Shown here: piece by piece, positions 35,403 through 43,737 of the stretch
Position numbering within the stretch: the stretch's first letter is position 1
Layout: the number at the start of each line of letters is the position of its first letter
NCBI GenBank assembly: GCA_024686135.1
Contig: JAIBDQ010000001.1
Span: 26,985 to 90,984, forward strand
Length of the DNA stretch: 64,000 nt
Reading direction: 5' to 3'
From: Halobacteriovorax sp.
GTDB lineage: Bacteria > Bdellovibrionota > Bacteriovoracia > Bacteriovoracales > Bacteriovoracaceae
Position numbers and translations under genes: made by a program
The notes under the pieces: generated by a model
The model's database searches: none
What the model was told of the DNA's origin: nothing
The model's input: the letters and a program-made list of their open reading frames with translations, nothing else

Positions 35403-35525
35403 TTATTGAGAATATAGATCCACTAAAACCACAAACAAGATCATAATCGTAAACGCAAAGGGTGTTAATAATAGAACCGTATTTATCACCCCTGCCTCAA
35501 TTAGAGTAATCAGTGGTGTTTCCAT
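35403..35525 (-). CDS. 40-aa single-pass membrane peptide (unannotated small ORF)
   Basis: METPLITLIEAGVINTVLLLTPFAFTIMILFVVLVDLYSQ. AGGAGG lies 5 nt upstream of the ATG, directly after the rplY stop. The bidirectional terminator follows. Confidence 0.5.
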   Translation of the reverse strand: METPLITLIEAGVINTVLLLTPFAFTIMILFVVLVDLYSQ

Positions 35526-35539
35526 TTCTTCCTCCTTTT

Positions 35540-36142
35540 CTAAGAGGGAATCGAGATGGGCATGGGTTCTAGAATTGGTTTCCAAAACTCAACCATCTCT
35601 TCATCCGTTTTAACTGGGGGTCTACAAACTGCAATTACGGTATTATCCTTTTCTTCGATCTCAATATCTTCCTCGATTTCTAAGTCATCTACCGTTAGTG
35701 TCTCCCCAATTTTTAAACTCTTTATATTCTCTTCAATCTTTTCAGGTATATCTTCGACCATACCGTAAACATTAAGCGAATCCTTAAGAACAACGAGAAC
35801 CCCACCGTTCTTAACTCCTTTTGGAGTTCCTTCAAGTTTCACTGGGATCTCGACTTTATTTTCTCTATCCCTTGGCAGCTCAACCAAAGAGAAGTGAATA
35901 ATCTCTCTTGTTACCGGGTCCTTATGTATATCAATAAACTTAACAAACCTCGGTCCTAGTACAGTTTCAACCTTATACAACTCCCCAGGTTCTTTAAGTG
36001 CGGTCTTCAATTCTTTTTTGGGAATTCTAATGGGGGTACTATCTATAGTTTTCCCATATATTGAGCCGGGTACAAATCCATTTTCCCTGAGTTCCCAAGC
36101 TTTTCTTTTCTTATTTCTTTTTTTTATATGTAGTAGTTGCAT
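35540..36142 (-). CDS. rplY: 50S ribosomal protein L25, long Ctc (general stress protein) form
   Basis: 200 aa. N-terminal KAWELRENGFVPGSIYGK and a two-domain length typical of bL25/Ctc. SD AAGGA. Confidence 0.8.
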   Translation of the reverse strand: MQLLHIKKRNKKRKAWELRENGFVPGSIYGKTIDSTPIRIPKKELKTALKEPGELYKVETVLGPRFVKFIDIHKDPVTREIIHFSLVELPRDRENKVEIPVKLEGTPKGVKNGGVLVVLKDSLNVYGMVEDIPEKIEENIKSLKIGETLTVDDLEIEEDIEIEEKDNTVIAVCRPPVKTDEEMVEFWKPILEPMPISIPS

Positions 36143-36195
36143 TCTATGTCCTTGTGTTAAATTAATATTCTGGTCAGTGGCCGTTATCGATTTTG

Positions 36196-36834
36196 TTAAC
36201 TAGCCAGAACCATTCCTAACTTCAGGGCCCTTTGAGTACTGAAGGGGAGTTTTGTCGACTTATCTATTAAAGCTCCTGTAAAGTAAGCTTTCTCTAAGTC
36301 AGTTTCTCTTAAGTCTGCCCCTCTCATGTCACTTCTTCTAAGGTTTGCCTTAAAAAAGGTGCATTGCCTCATGTCCGCGCCTTTGAGGTTTGCCTCTCTC
36401 ATTTTTGTTAAGAAAAATGAGCATCCTCTAGCATTGGCATCTTCGAAGCTGACTCTGTCCATATCTGATCTCATGAAGCTTACGTTCATAAGAAAAGCCT
36501 TTTTAAAGTTCGAGCTCCAAATCCTAAGGTTTCTCATCTTGGTATTTACAATCTCAGAAGCGATAAACTTCGTTCTTTTCAAGTTCGCAAACTTAAACCA
36601 GGTTTTGTCGATATGACTTCCTGAAAAGTCTGCTTCTCTTAAGTCTGCCCTTCCAAGGTTTGAGCCCACAATATCTGAGCCTGAGAAATTAGCTCCTTGA
36701 GCGTTGGCAGAGTTCATATTTACGTCTTCTATCTTTAAGTTAGAAAAATCTCTACCTTCCAAATCTTTTAGCCTTAGGTCATCAACGTCCTGTAGTTTTA
36801 CATCTAATATCTTTTCAAATTCTTTTATCGCCAT
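36196..36834 (-). CDS. pentapeptide-repeat protein
   Basis: Continuous A(D/N)LxG/F-type pentapeptide units (ANFSGSDIVGSNLGRADLREADFSGS...). The start overlaps the upstream stop (ATGGCGATAA). Confidence 0.85.
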   Translation of the reverse strand: MAIKEFEKILDVKLQDVDDLRLKDLEGRDFSNLKIEDVNMNSANAQGANFSGSDIVGSNLGRADLREADFSGSHIDKTWFKFANLKRTKFIASEIVNTKMRNLRIWSSNFKKAFLMNVSFMRSDMDRVSFEDANARGCSFFLTKMREANLKGADMRQCTFFKANLRRSDMRGADLRETDLEKAYFTGALIDKSTKLPFSTQRALKLGMVLAS

Positions 36835-37304
36835 AACATACTCCGTTTTAAGTTATTGCGAGCTTTTGCTGTTTTCCATTTTTTTCTTTCACCAATAACG
36901 GCGTCTTCTAGAACCTCTAGTGAGTTGGAAATTGCTCGAGATAAATTTTCCGATGCCTTTCTCGCATATAAGACACCTGTTCCGGGTCTTTTTAAGGCAA
37001 CGCCACAACTAATTACTTCGTCATTGTCAGATCTCTTTGAGCTTTCATTATCCAGCCAAATTTCTACTTTCCATTTGCCGCTATTAGAAAACTTTCCGAG
37101 CGCTGACTTTAAGAAATACCTAATCGTACTTACGGTTTTTTGATAACTGGTATCAATATTGTTATGCACTTCAAGCTCAGGTACTTTAGCTTCTGAGCTT
37201 GAGGTAGAAGTAGGTTCACTCTTTTCAATAAACCTTTTGTAAACTTCTGAGTCCTCGAAAGATTCCCAGTTATCAATAACTTGTTCATTCTTCATGTTGC
37301 TCAT
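36825..37304 (-). CDS. HPF/RaiA-like ribosome-associated protein with acidic Ser-rich N-terminal extension (tentative)
   Basis: 159 aa from ATG 37304 (AGGAGG upstream). Residues about 42-145 align by eye with E. coli HPF/RaiA secondary-structure elements (LEVHNNID..., WKVEIWLD, VLYARKASENLSRAISNSLEVLEDAV..RKKWK). Confidence 0.45.
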   Translation of the reverse strand: MSNMKNEQVIDNWESFEDSEVYKRFIEKSEPTSTSSSEAKVPELEVHNNIDTSYQKTVSTIRYFLKSALGKFSNSGKWKVEIWLDNESSKRSDNDEVISCGVALKRPGTGVLYARKASENLSRAISNSLEVLEDAVIGERKKWKTAKARNNLKRSMLWR

Positions 37305-37399
37305 AATGCCTCCTGTTGCATTGTCTAATACTATTATCGCACTTATTGCTATTAATCTAAAATACATATAATATTATCTCTATGTAACATTAAATCTAT

Positions 37400-38284
37400 A
37401 TGGGGCTCATTATGTATAAATTCAACTTTAACCACCTTCACTACTTTATGACCATTGCTAGAGAAGGCTCTATTGTTAAGGCCTCTAAGAAGCTTCACAT
37501 AACTCAGCCTGCTTTAAGTCATCAGTTAAGACTTTTTGAAGAGGATCTAGGGGAGAAGCTTTTTGATCGGAAAGGAAAAAGGTTGGTTATCAATGATCAT
37601 GGAAAAAAGGTTTTGGAATATGGGGACAAGATATTTAGACAGTCAGATGAACTACAGCAAGTAATTAGAACGGGTGAAATTAGCACTTCTAAAATTGTGA
37701 GGGTTGGGGTTATTTCTTGGTTACCGGCTGAGCTTGTTTATGAATTCATTAGACCACTTCTTTATATGTCCCAAATTAAGGTACAGATTATTCAAAAAGA
37801 TTTAGTGTCGCTTTTGAAGGATGTTCAAACAGATGCCCTTGATTTAATACTTTGTGATTCTCCATATTCGGGACGCTCTAAGAAACTAATGGGTAAAAAG
37901 ATATATTCAGAGCCAATCCTTTGCTTAGCTTCTGCTGGTGAGAAAATTAAAGGGAGCTTCCCCGAAAATATTAACTCAAGAAAAGCGATTTCATACTCTG
38001 AGGCTTCTGAGATTAGAGATCATGTGGACGGATTCGTTCTAGATAATAATTTAGATCTTAATATCGTTGGTGAGTTGTCGGATGCTTCTCTTGCTCTTTA
38101 TGCTATTGAGAAAGGTGATGTGATCGGATTTCTCCCTTTAACTAAGGCCAAAGAAGCTATTCGTGGCAAGCGAGTAAAAAAACTTGGTGAGATTCCTAAG
38201 GTTCATTTTTCCCTATGGGCGATTTATAAAAAAAGCCAGGGAAGAAGTGGAATCATAACTTCGCTAATAAAGAAGAGTGAGTAA
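37400..38284 (+). CDS. LysR-family transcriptional regulator
   Basis: N-terminal wHTH LHYFMTIAREGSIVKASKKLHITQPALSHQLRLFEEDLG plus a substrate-binding-type C-terminal domain. Alternative ATG at 37412. Confidence 0.9.
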   Translation: MGLIMYKFNFNHLHYFMTIAREGSIVKASKKLHITQPALSHQLRLFEEDLGEKLFDRKGKRLVINDHGKKVLEYGDKIFRQSDELQQVIRTGEISTSKIVRVGVISWLPAELVYEFIRPLLYMSQIKVQIIQKDLVSLLKDVQTDALDLILCDSPYSGRSKKLMGKKIYSEPILCLASAGEKIKGSFPENINSRKAISYSEASEIRDHVDGFVLDNNLDLNIVGELSDASLALYAIEKGDVIGFLPLTKAKEAIRGKRVKKLGEIPKVHFSLWAIYKKSQGRSGIITSLIKKSE

Positions 38285-39244
38285 TTACTTTAGGAGGTCA
38301 TCTGATATGTCGGATGCTTCAATTTGAAGATCAACATCTTCATACCTTTTAGGAAGCTGAGATAATTTTGACTTAATAAGCTCTTGAAGTTTTTGGATCG
38401 ATATAAGTTGCTCATCAGATTTCTTCCAAATGGCATAAATTTTGATCTTTAGTGGATCGCTAAATTTAAAAGTTTTAATTCCTTCATAATTATCAAGAGG
38501 GTTCTCTGGCATGAACATGACACAACGGCCTCTTTCACATAGGTCTCTTAAAAACTGTGGATGGTCGCTATAAATAGTTTCTTTTGGAATAGCGGCTTTT
38601 TCTCTTAAATATTGGATGACGGCCTTATTAAGTCTTTTATCCCTATTGGTTGCGGCAAAAGGAATATTGATTAGAAGGTCTTTCTTATCGATGAATTTTC
38701 CGTAGAGTTCTTCACTACAAGCGAAGAGGACTTCAAAGGAGCCGATTTCGCTATAACTTAAGCTTTTTCTTTTTGGCTCCCGAACAGAAATTCCCCAATC
38801 AATAATCCCTTTAAGTAAATTGTCTATTAAAAGCTCGTGAGCATCTTGCCTTGAGGTATTCACTGTTCCAAATTGTGCATACAAATCCCAAAATTGAGAA
38901 GTAAAACTACAGGCAAGTTCAGTTGAAATAGTATCTTCGATTCCAACATTTACGGGATAGCCACCGATATCGTCACTAGAATAGTGATCGAGAAGCTTAG
39001 AGCCTGTCTCAAAGATAGGCTTAACCTGATCAAAGAGCTTGAAACCTTCAGTGTTTAGCTCAAGGCCTTTAGAGCTTCTAATAAAGAATTTCTTTTGAAA
39101 TTTCGTTTCTAGCTTTTTTAAATGTTCGCTTAAAGTTGATGGGGCTAGCTTTAGCTTAGAGGCCGCTTCCTTTAAGGAGCTGGATTTTGCTACTTCGTAG
39201 AAGTAGTAGAGTTGATTCCAATTAATTTCTTTTAGCTGTTCCAA
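38285..39244 (-). CDS. LysR-family transcriptional regulator
   Basis: wHTH LYYFYEVAKSSSLKEAASKLKLAPSTLSEHLKKLE. TTG start. Confidence 0.85.
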   Translation of the reverse strand: MEQLKEINWNQLYYFYEVAKSSSLKEAASKLKLAPSTLSEHLKKLETKFQKKFFIRSSKGLELNTEGFKLFDQVKPIFETGSKLLDHYSSDDIGGYPVNVGIEDTISTELACSFTSQFWDLYAQFGTVNTSRQDAHELLIDNLLKGIIDWGISVREPKRKSLSYSEIGSFEVLFACSEELYGKFIDKKDLLINIPFAATNRDKRLNKAVIQYLREKAAIPKETIYSDHPQFLRDLCERGRCVMFMPENPLDNYEGIKTFKFSDPLKIKIYAIWKKSDEQLISIQKLQELIKSKLSQLPKRYEDVDLQIEASDISDDLLK

Positions 39245-39246
39245 AA

Positions 39247-39276
39247 AATATCCCTTTAGATTTCTAAAGGGATATT
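39247..39276. promoter_or_regulatory. 30-nt palindrome (14-bp arms) abutting the LysR start codon
   Basis: AATATCCCTTTAGA-TT-TCTAAAGGGATATT. Its proximal arm contains the SD-like AAGGGA of the TTG-initiated LysR gene. Confidence 0.45.
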
Positions 39277-39316
39277 AACATAGGAGTAATTGAATTGATG
39301 AAGCGGTGCTCAGTCC

Positions 39317-39496
39317 CTATAGGAAAGATAAGCAATCATCAGTCATTAGACTTTTTCGAGTATGGTTATTCGGATTATCTTGTTTATTTTCAAGTACTTT
39401 TCTTTCTTTTAAAGTGCAGTAAGCACTGTTTTTCGTTTTGAGAAGAGAAATTCTTTGTTTCATTTTTCTTTTTTTTCTAAGTTTTATGGCCTTCAT
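39317..39496 (-). CDS. 59-aa Lys/Arg-rich small protein (unannotated small ORF)
   Basis: MKAIKLRKKRKMKQRISLLKTK... The ATG lies 4 nt after TAAGGAGA, which contains the stop codon of the CarD-like gene. Confidence 0.45.
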   Translation of the reverse strand: MKAIKLRKKRKMKQRISLLKTKNSAYCTLKERKVLENKQDNPNNHTRKSLMTDDCLSFL

Positions 39497-39505
39497 TTTT
39501 TCTCC

Positions 39506-39988
39506 TTAAGCTGTTAGTCCAATATTATCTAGGAGGTCTTCAGATTGGTCTTGTTTTTGATCTAGAATATAACTGGTCTCAACAACAAGCTTTTCTTTTA
39601 GCTCGTTAAAAAGTTTTCTTTCACTGACTGAAATTTTTTTTTCTTTTTTAAGAATATTTAAGTCGTGAAAAACTTCTAACATTGGCTTAAGACTTCCTTT
39701 TAAAAATTTATTTTTAAAATATCTATATCTGCTACCTTCAAATTCACCGACATCGATCATCTTTGAAGACTTTAAATCTCTCAGGTAACGCTTGAACGTT
39801 CTTTTGGTAGGAAGTTTTCTAAGAGAGATATCTTTATTGCAAGGAAGGTAGTGGACAATATCTTTGTCGTTCTCAATCACCTTATGAAACTTTTTTGTTG
39901 TCCCTTCAGTACTGACAATTTCCTTTCCTGCGTATTCTCCAGCGCTTATTCCTACACCCGCTACTAAATCACCTCTTGAAAAATCCAT
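39506..39988 (-). CDS. CarD/CdnL-family RNA-polymerase-binding regulator
   Basis: 160 aa from ATG 39988. The N-terminal F.RGDLV... Tudor-like segment and C-terminal SRYRYFKNKF...EVFHDLNILKKEKKISVSERKLF align by eye with CarD_CdnL_TRCF proteins. Confidence 0.7.
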   Translation of the reverse strand: MDFSRGDLVAGVGISAGEYAGKEIVSTEGTTKKFHKVIENDKDIVHYLPCNKDISLRKLPTKRTFKRYLRDLKSSKMIDVGEFEGSRYRYFKNKFLKGSLKPMLEVFHDLNILKKEKKISVSERKLFNELKEKLVVETSYILDQKQDQSEDLLDNIGLTA

Positions 39989-40149
39989 CTTTTTTACCCC
40001 TTTTATTAATTGAGTCGATAATGACTTTGGGTACTTAAGTATGCCTTCTTTTCGGTTTTTGGTGAAGATTGGATAACTCAAGTTCGGTAAATACGAATTT
40101 GTGGAAAGGTGTATTGAGGAGTGTGTCAATATTGATATATACTCTAATT

Positions 40150-40605
40150 ATGCCAAAAGACTTGTATCTATTTGTAATTATAGCAATCCTTCTCCTCTCG
40201 CAATCCGCGGAATCCGCCTGTTCAAAGAAATGGAGCGCTATCGTGAGAGAGGGCCCCTCGAGTCACTTTGAACGTTTGAAAGTGATCCCTAAGTACACTC
40301 CTTTGCTTATTAAAGAGATCGATGGGAATTGGTTTCGAGTAAAGGGTCATGATTTTGAGGGCTGGGTATTTTCAAAATCCGTCTCAGCTAAAACAAATTG
40401 TATGATTAGCATCGGGATTAACGAGCCCGTTTGTGTGGGAAAAAGAAAAACTAAAACCAGTAGGGTTAGTTTAAACGAGGGATTTAAGATCTTAAAAAAA
40501 GAGCTTGGCTGTAATTTTGTTCAAGATCGCGATGGAAAAAGATTTTGGATTAATAGCGTAGGAGCTTGGCCTAAGAACCAGGCCAAACTTATTTCTATTG
40601 ATTAA
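40150..40605 (+). CDS. exported bacterial SH3-domain protein
   Basis: Signal peptide from ATG 40150. IVREGPSSHFERLKVIPKYTPLLIKEIDGNWFRVKGHDFEGWVF resembles an SH3_3 domain. Confidence 0.55.
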   Translation: MPKDLYLFVIIAILLLSQSAESACSKKWSAIVREGPSSHFERLKVIPKYTPLLIKEIDGNWFRVKGHDFEGWVFSKSVSAKTNCMISIGINEPVCVGKRKTKTSRVSLNEGFKILKKELGCNFVQDRDGKRFWINSVGAWPKNQAKLISID

Positions 40606-41120
40606 AAATACGTGATAACTGATTTCCCATTACTATAGTCGACTTCCCAGCTTTTAAGTTTACCATCAGAAAAGAGCAGCTTGTCAGACTTGATTGGGTT
40701 CTTTTTATACTTAATTTCGTAAAAACTATGATTCTTGGTTTTCGACATCTTTGTTTTACAAACCTGTTTTTCTGCTAAGAGTAGAAGGTGATGAGCACGA
40801 CTGTTGACGATGGCCCACTCTTTATCTTTATTAATATTAGGATAGCGAACGTAACCTATATTGTTGGCATCCGGATGATCTGGTTCGTATTTTAAAAATG
40901 TATCGTATTCCTTATGACCTTTTTTTATTTCGCATTTCCCTTTTTTACATGAAGTGACTTTTCTTGGAAGAAAGGGACCACCCTCTTCAGTCCTCGTGGT
41001 ATTTGAATTTAAAAAGTTAAAGCTAGATACTTCAAGTCTGGTGCGTGTTTCTTTTAGGGCGTTGCAGTCGGCTGCGAAGAGGGAAATGGGTAGTGCAATA
41101 AGAATGAGTAGTTTGATCAT
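40602..41120 (-). CDS. hypothetical exported protein
   Basis: 172 aa with signal peptide MIKLLILIALPISLFA and SD GGCGGAGGA. Confidence 0.5.
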   Translation of the reverse strand: MIKLLILIALPISLFAADCNALKETRTRLEVSSFNFLNSNTTRTEEGGPFLPRKVTSCKKGKCEIKKGHKEYDTFLKYEPDHPDANNIGYVRYPNINKDKEWAIVNSRAHHLLLLAEKQVCKTKMSKTKNHSFYEIKYKKNPIKSDKLLFSDGKLKSWEVDYSNGKSVITYF

Positions 41121-41224
41121 AGATCCTCCGCCTAAATTATAGCCGGAATTTAATCCTTGAGTGTAGAGGGCAAGTATTTCGATTATGCAAGTAACCAGGT
41201 ACCTAAGGGTCTATTTCAAATAAC

Positions 41225-42505
41225 TTAGTCCCAGAGATTATCTAATCGATCTTTTATTTTCATTTCTTGACCATGATTAGTGGGCTCATAGAACTTCGGG
41301 ATACTTTCCTTGGTGTAATTTTGTTTAACAAAAGCTCCATCATAGGAGTGAGGGTATTTGTATTCACCTTTTCCTCCATGTTCGTTTTTAAGCATTTCAG
41401 GTACTTCAATTGTGCAGTTCGACTGCACATACTCCATGGCCTGATTGATTCCCATATAGGCCGCATTTGATTTTTCCGCAGCTGCTAGGTAGGTCACAGC
41501 TTGAGCTAAATTAATTCTTGCTTCTGGCATCCCGATAGAGGCAACAGCACTTAGAGCAGCAGTGGCCATGGTAAGTCCCATAGGATCTGCATTACCAACG
41601 TCTTCACTGGCAAAAACCACTAGGCGTCTAGCTATGAAAACAGGGTCTTCTCCTCCATCTAACATAACAGCTAACCAAAGAAGAGCTGCGTTTGGATCAG
41701 AGCCGCGCATACTTTTAATAAAGGCAGAAATCACGTCGTAGTGACGGTCTTTATCTTTATCGTAATCTCTAGAGTTTTCTAAAATTAGCTTTTGAATTTG
41801 ATTAAAGTCCAGAGGGCTATCTCCAAGCTCGGCATTTTGTCTTTGGATTAAATCTAAAATATTAAGCGCAGTTCTTGCATCGCCGCGAGAATAATCAGCA
41901 ATAAAATCTAGTGCCATTGGTGGTGTATTGATTTCATATTTTTCTGAAGTTGATTTTAGAATTTGAAGAACTTCCTGAGAACTAAGACGAGTAAGCTCTA
42001 CTACTTGTAGCCTAGAAAGAAGAGCTCTATTAACTGAGCTTCTTGGATTTTCTGTTGTTGCCCCAATCAAAGTGAAGTCGCCGGCTTCAACATGAGGAAG
42101 AAGGGCATCTTGCTGGGCCTTATTAAAACGGTGAATTTCATCGATGAAAATGAGTGCTTCCTTGCCAAACATCTTCTTCATCTCTTCAGCACTAGCGATT
42201 AGTTTTTTTAAGTCTGCAATTCCACCTAAGACAGCGTTGAATCTGTAAAACTCAAGTCCCGATCTTTCCGCAAGAATATGGGCCAAGGTTGTTTTTCCAG
42301 TTCCAGGAGGCCCCCAAAGAACGAGTGAAGGTAGGTTATTCCCTTTTAAGAAAGGGTAGCGAGTAAAGAGATGAGTTTGTCCAACATAGGACTCAAGGTC
42401 AGTTGGTCTGGCCCTAAAAGCTAGTGGACGCCTGGCGTTATTTTGTATTACGTTCTGATTCGTTGATTTACTATCAAAAAGACCTGTTTGAGCGTCATTT
42501 ACCAC
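41225..42505 (-). CDS. rarA: replication-associated recombination protein A (AAA+ ATPase)
   Basis: Walker A GPPGTGKTT, Walker B IFIDEIHRFNK, and the MgsA C-terminal helical domain (HYDVISAF.KS.RGSDP.AAL.WL). Confidence 0.95.
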   Translation of the reverse strand: MVNDAQTGLFDSKSTNQNVIQNNARRPLAFRARPTDLESYVGQTHLFTRYPFLKGNNLPSLVLWGPPGTGKTTLAHILAERSGLEFYRFNAVLGGIADLKKLIASAEEMKKMFGKEALIFIDEIHRFNKAQQDALLPHVEAGDFTLIGATTENPRSSVNRALLSRLQVVELTRLSSQEVLQILKSTSEKYEINTPPMALDFIADYSRGDARTALNILDLIQRQNAELGDSPLDFNQIQKLILENSRDYDKDKDRHYDVISAFIKSMRGSDPNAALLWLAVMLDGGEDPVFIARRLVVFASEDVGNADPMGLTMATAALSAVASIGMPEARINLAQAVTYLAAAEKSNAAYMGINQAMEYVQSNCTIEVPEMLKNEHGGKGEYKYPHSYDGAFVKQNYTKESIPKFYEPTNHGQEMKIKDRLDNLWD

Positions 42506-42611
42506 TTGTTACCTCATTGACTTCACGGAAGCGCTATCTTAACTTAGGGATTCAATTTTTTGAAGGGCCTCAGTAGAGGTCATAGCGCTTTTGTAGAGGA
42601 GGTGATGACAG

Positions 42612-42839
42612 ATGGCGCCAAAGAACACAGCCTTAAAGGTAACAATCGATGAGAAGCTAGGTGTAGAGCGTTCGCTGAAGAAATTCAAGCGTATGTGCGA
42701 ATCTTTTGGAGTTATTCGTGAGTATCGAAAACGTCAAGAGTACAAAAAGCCTTCTGTTCGGATGAAAGAAAAAACCGAAGCTGCTGAAAAGCGAAGAAAG
42801 AAGACACAATTCAAATACGGACGTGGTGGAAAGATCTAG
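42612..42839 (+). CDS. rpsU: 30S ribosomal protein S21
   Basis: 75 aa. SLKKFKRMCESFGVIREYRKRQEYKKPS is typical of bS21. SD GGAGGTGA. Confidence 0.9.
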   Translation: MAPKNTALKVTIDEKLGVERSLKKFKRMCESFGVIREYRKRQEYKKPSVRMKEKTEAAEKRRKKTQFKYGRGGKI

Positions 42840-42851
42840 TCCTAATAAAGC

Positions 42852-42877
42852 AAAGGCTCCTAACGGAGCCTTTGTTA
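42852..42877 (+). terminator. rho-independent terminator after rpsU
   Basis: AAAGGCTCC-TAAC-GGAGCCTTT hairpin followed by GTTATT. Confidence 0.7.
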
Positions 42878-43705
42878 TTAGCGACGTTTTAAAATTATCT
42901 TAAGAATTGAATTCCATCGGTTATGCATCAATTTCACAATATTAGAAACTTCCTTAGGAACCTTTAAATTCCCTTTTGTCATTTTCATAGAAAATGAATT
43001 CCAACTAATATTGAGTTCTCCTAACCTGTTAAGAAAGAATTTTTGACCTCTATTTGATAAAAGATGATCTTCAACAATTTTAAAAAAATGGTTCCACACA
43101 AAATCAAATTCTTCTTGAATCTCTGGAATCAGTTTTCCGGTCATCGCCAGTTCACAAGTAAGGCTCATGAGATGAAGGTTCTCCCCTAGGTGGCGGTGAA
43201 TTTTATTATAGGGAAACAGAGGTGTATCAAAAGTGATAAGGTACTCTTCCATGGCGTGAAGGTTTTTATAGTTTAAATTAAAAAGTTTATCGAGGGAGCC
43301 ATGGAGTTTTAAGGTAGAGTCCACTTTCTGACTCTCTCTAGGAAAGCTCATCTTTTCAGAAAGGTAAGTTGATAGGTCCCGGTCAAGCTCTCTTGATAAA
43401 TGATAGATATCTCTTAGGCCTTTGGTGCATTCAGGGGAGACTTCAATGCAAAGAAGTTTGGTCTTTCTCCAGGATTTTCTCATTTCAACAGTTTTAGCTT
43501 TAATCTTTAAGACTTCTTTTTGAAGAGGGTCTACCTTTTCAAGAATATGATAATACTCTTTGAGTAAACTTTTAAGCTGCGGGATGATGTATCTTCTATA
43601 TGAGCTGTCACTCACCTTCGCTTTTTTGGCATCAAAATTAAAGTATTGGTAATTGGCAAAGGCCAAAGAATTAAGTGAGAAAAAAAGCAAAATGAAAAGC
43701 TTCAT
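42878..43705 (-). CDS. hypothetical exported helical protein
   Basis: 275 aa with signal peptide MKLFILLFFSLNSLAFA. No recognised domain. Confidence 0.5.
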   Translation of the reverse strand: MKLFILLFFSLNSLAFANYQYFNFDAKKAKVSDSSYRRYIIPQLKSLLKEYYHILEKVDPLQKEVLKIKAKTVEMRKSWRKTKLLCIEVSPECTKGLRDIYHLSRELDRDLSTYLSEKMSFPRESQKVDSTLKLHGSLDKLFNLNYKNLHAMEEYLITFDTPLFPYNKIHRHLGENLHLMSLTCELAMTGKLIPEIQEEFDFVWNHFFKIVEDHLLSNRGQKFFLNRLGELNISWNSFSMKMTKGNLKVPKEVSNIVKLMHNRWNSILKIILKRR

Positions 43706-43737
43706 ATCCCTATTCTAGGAATGTCTATAGGCCTTGT

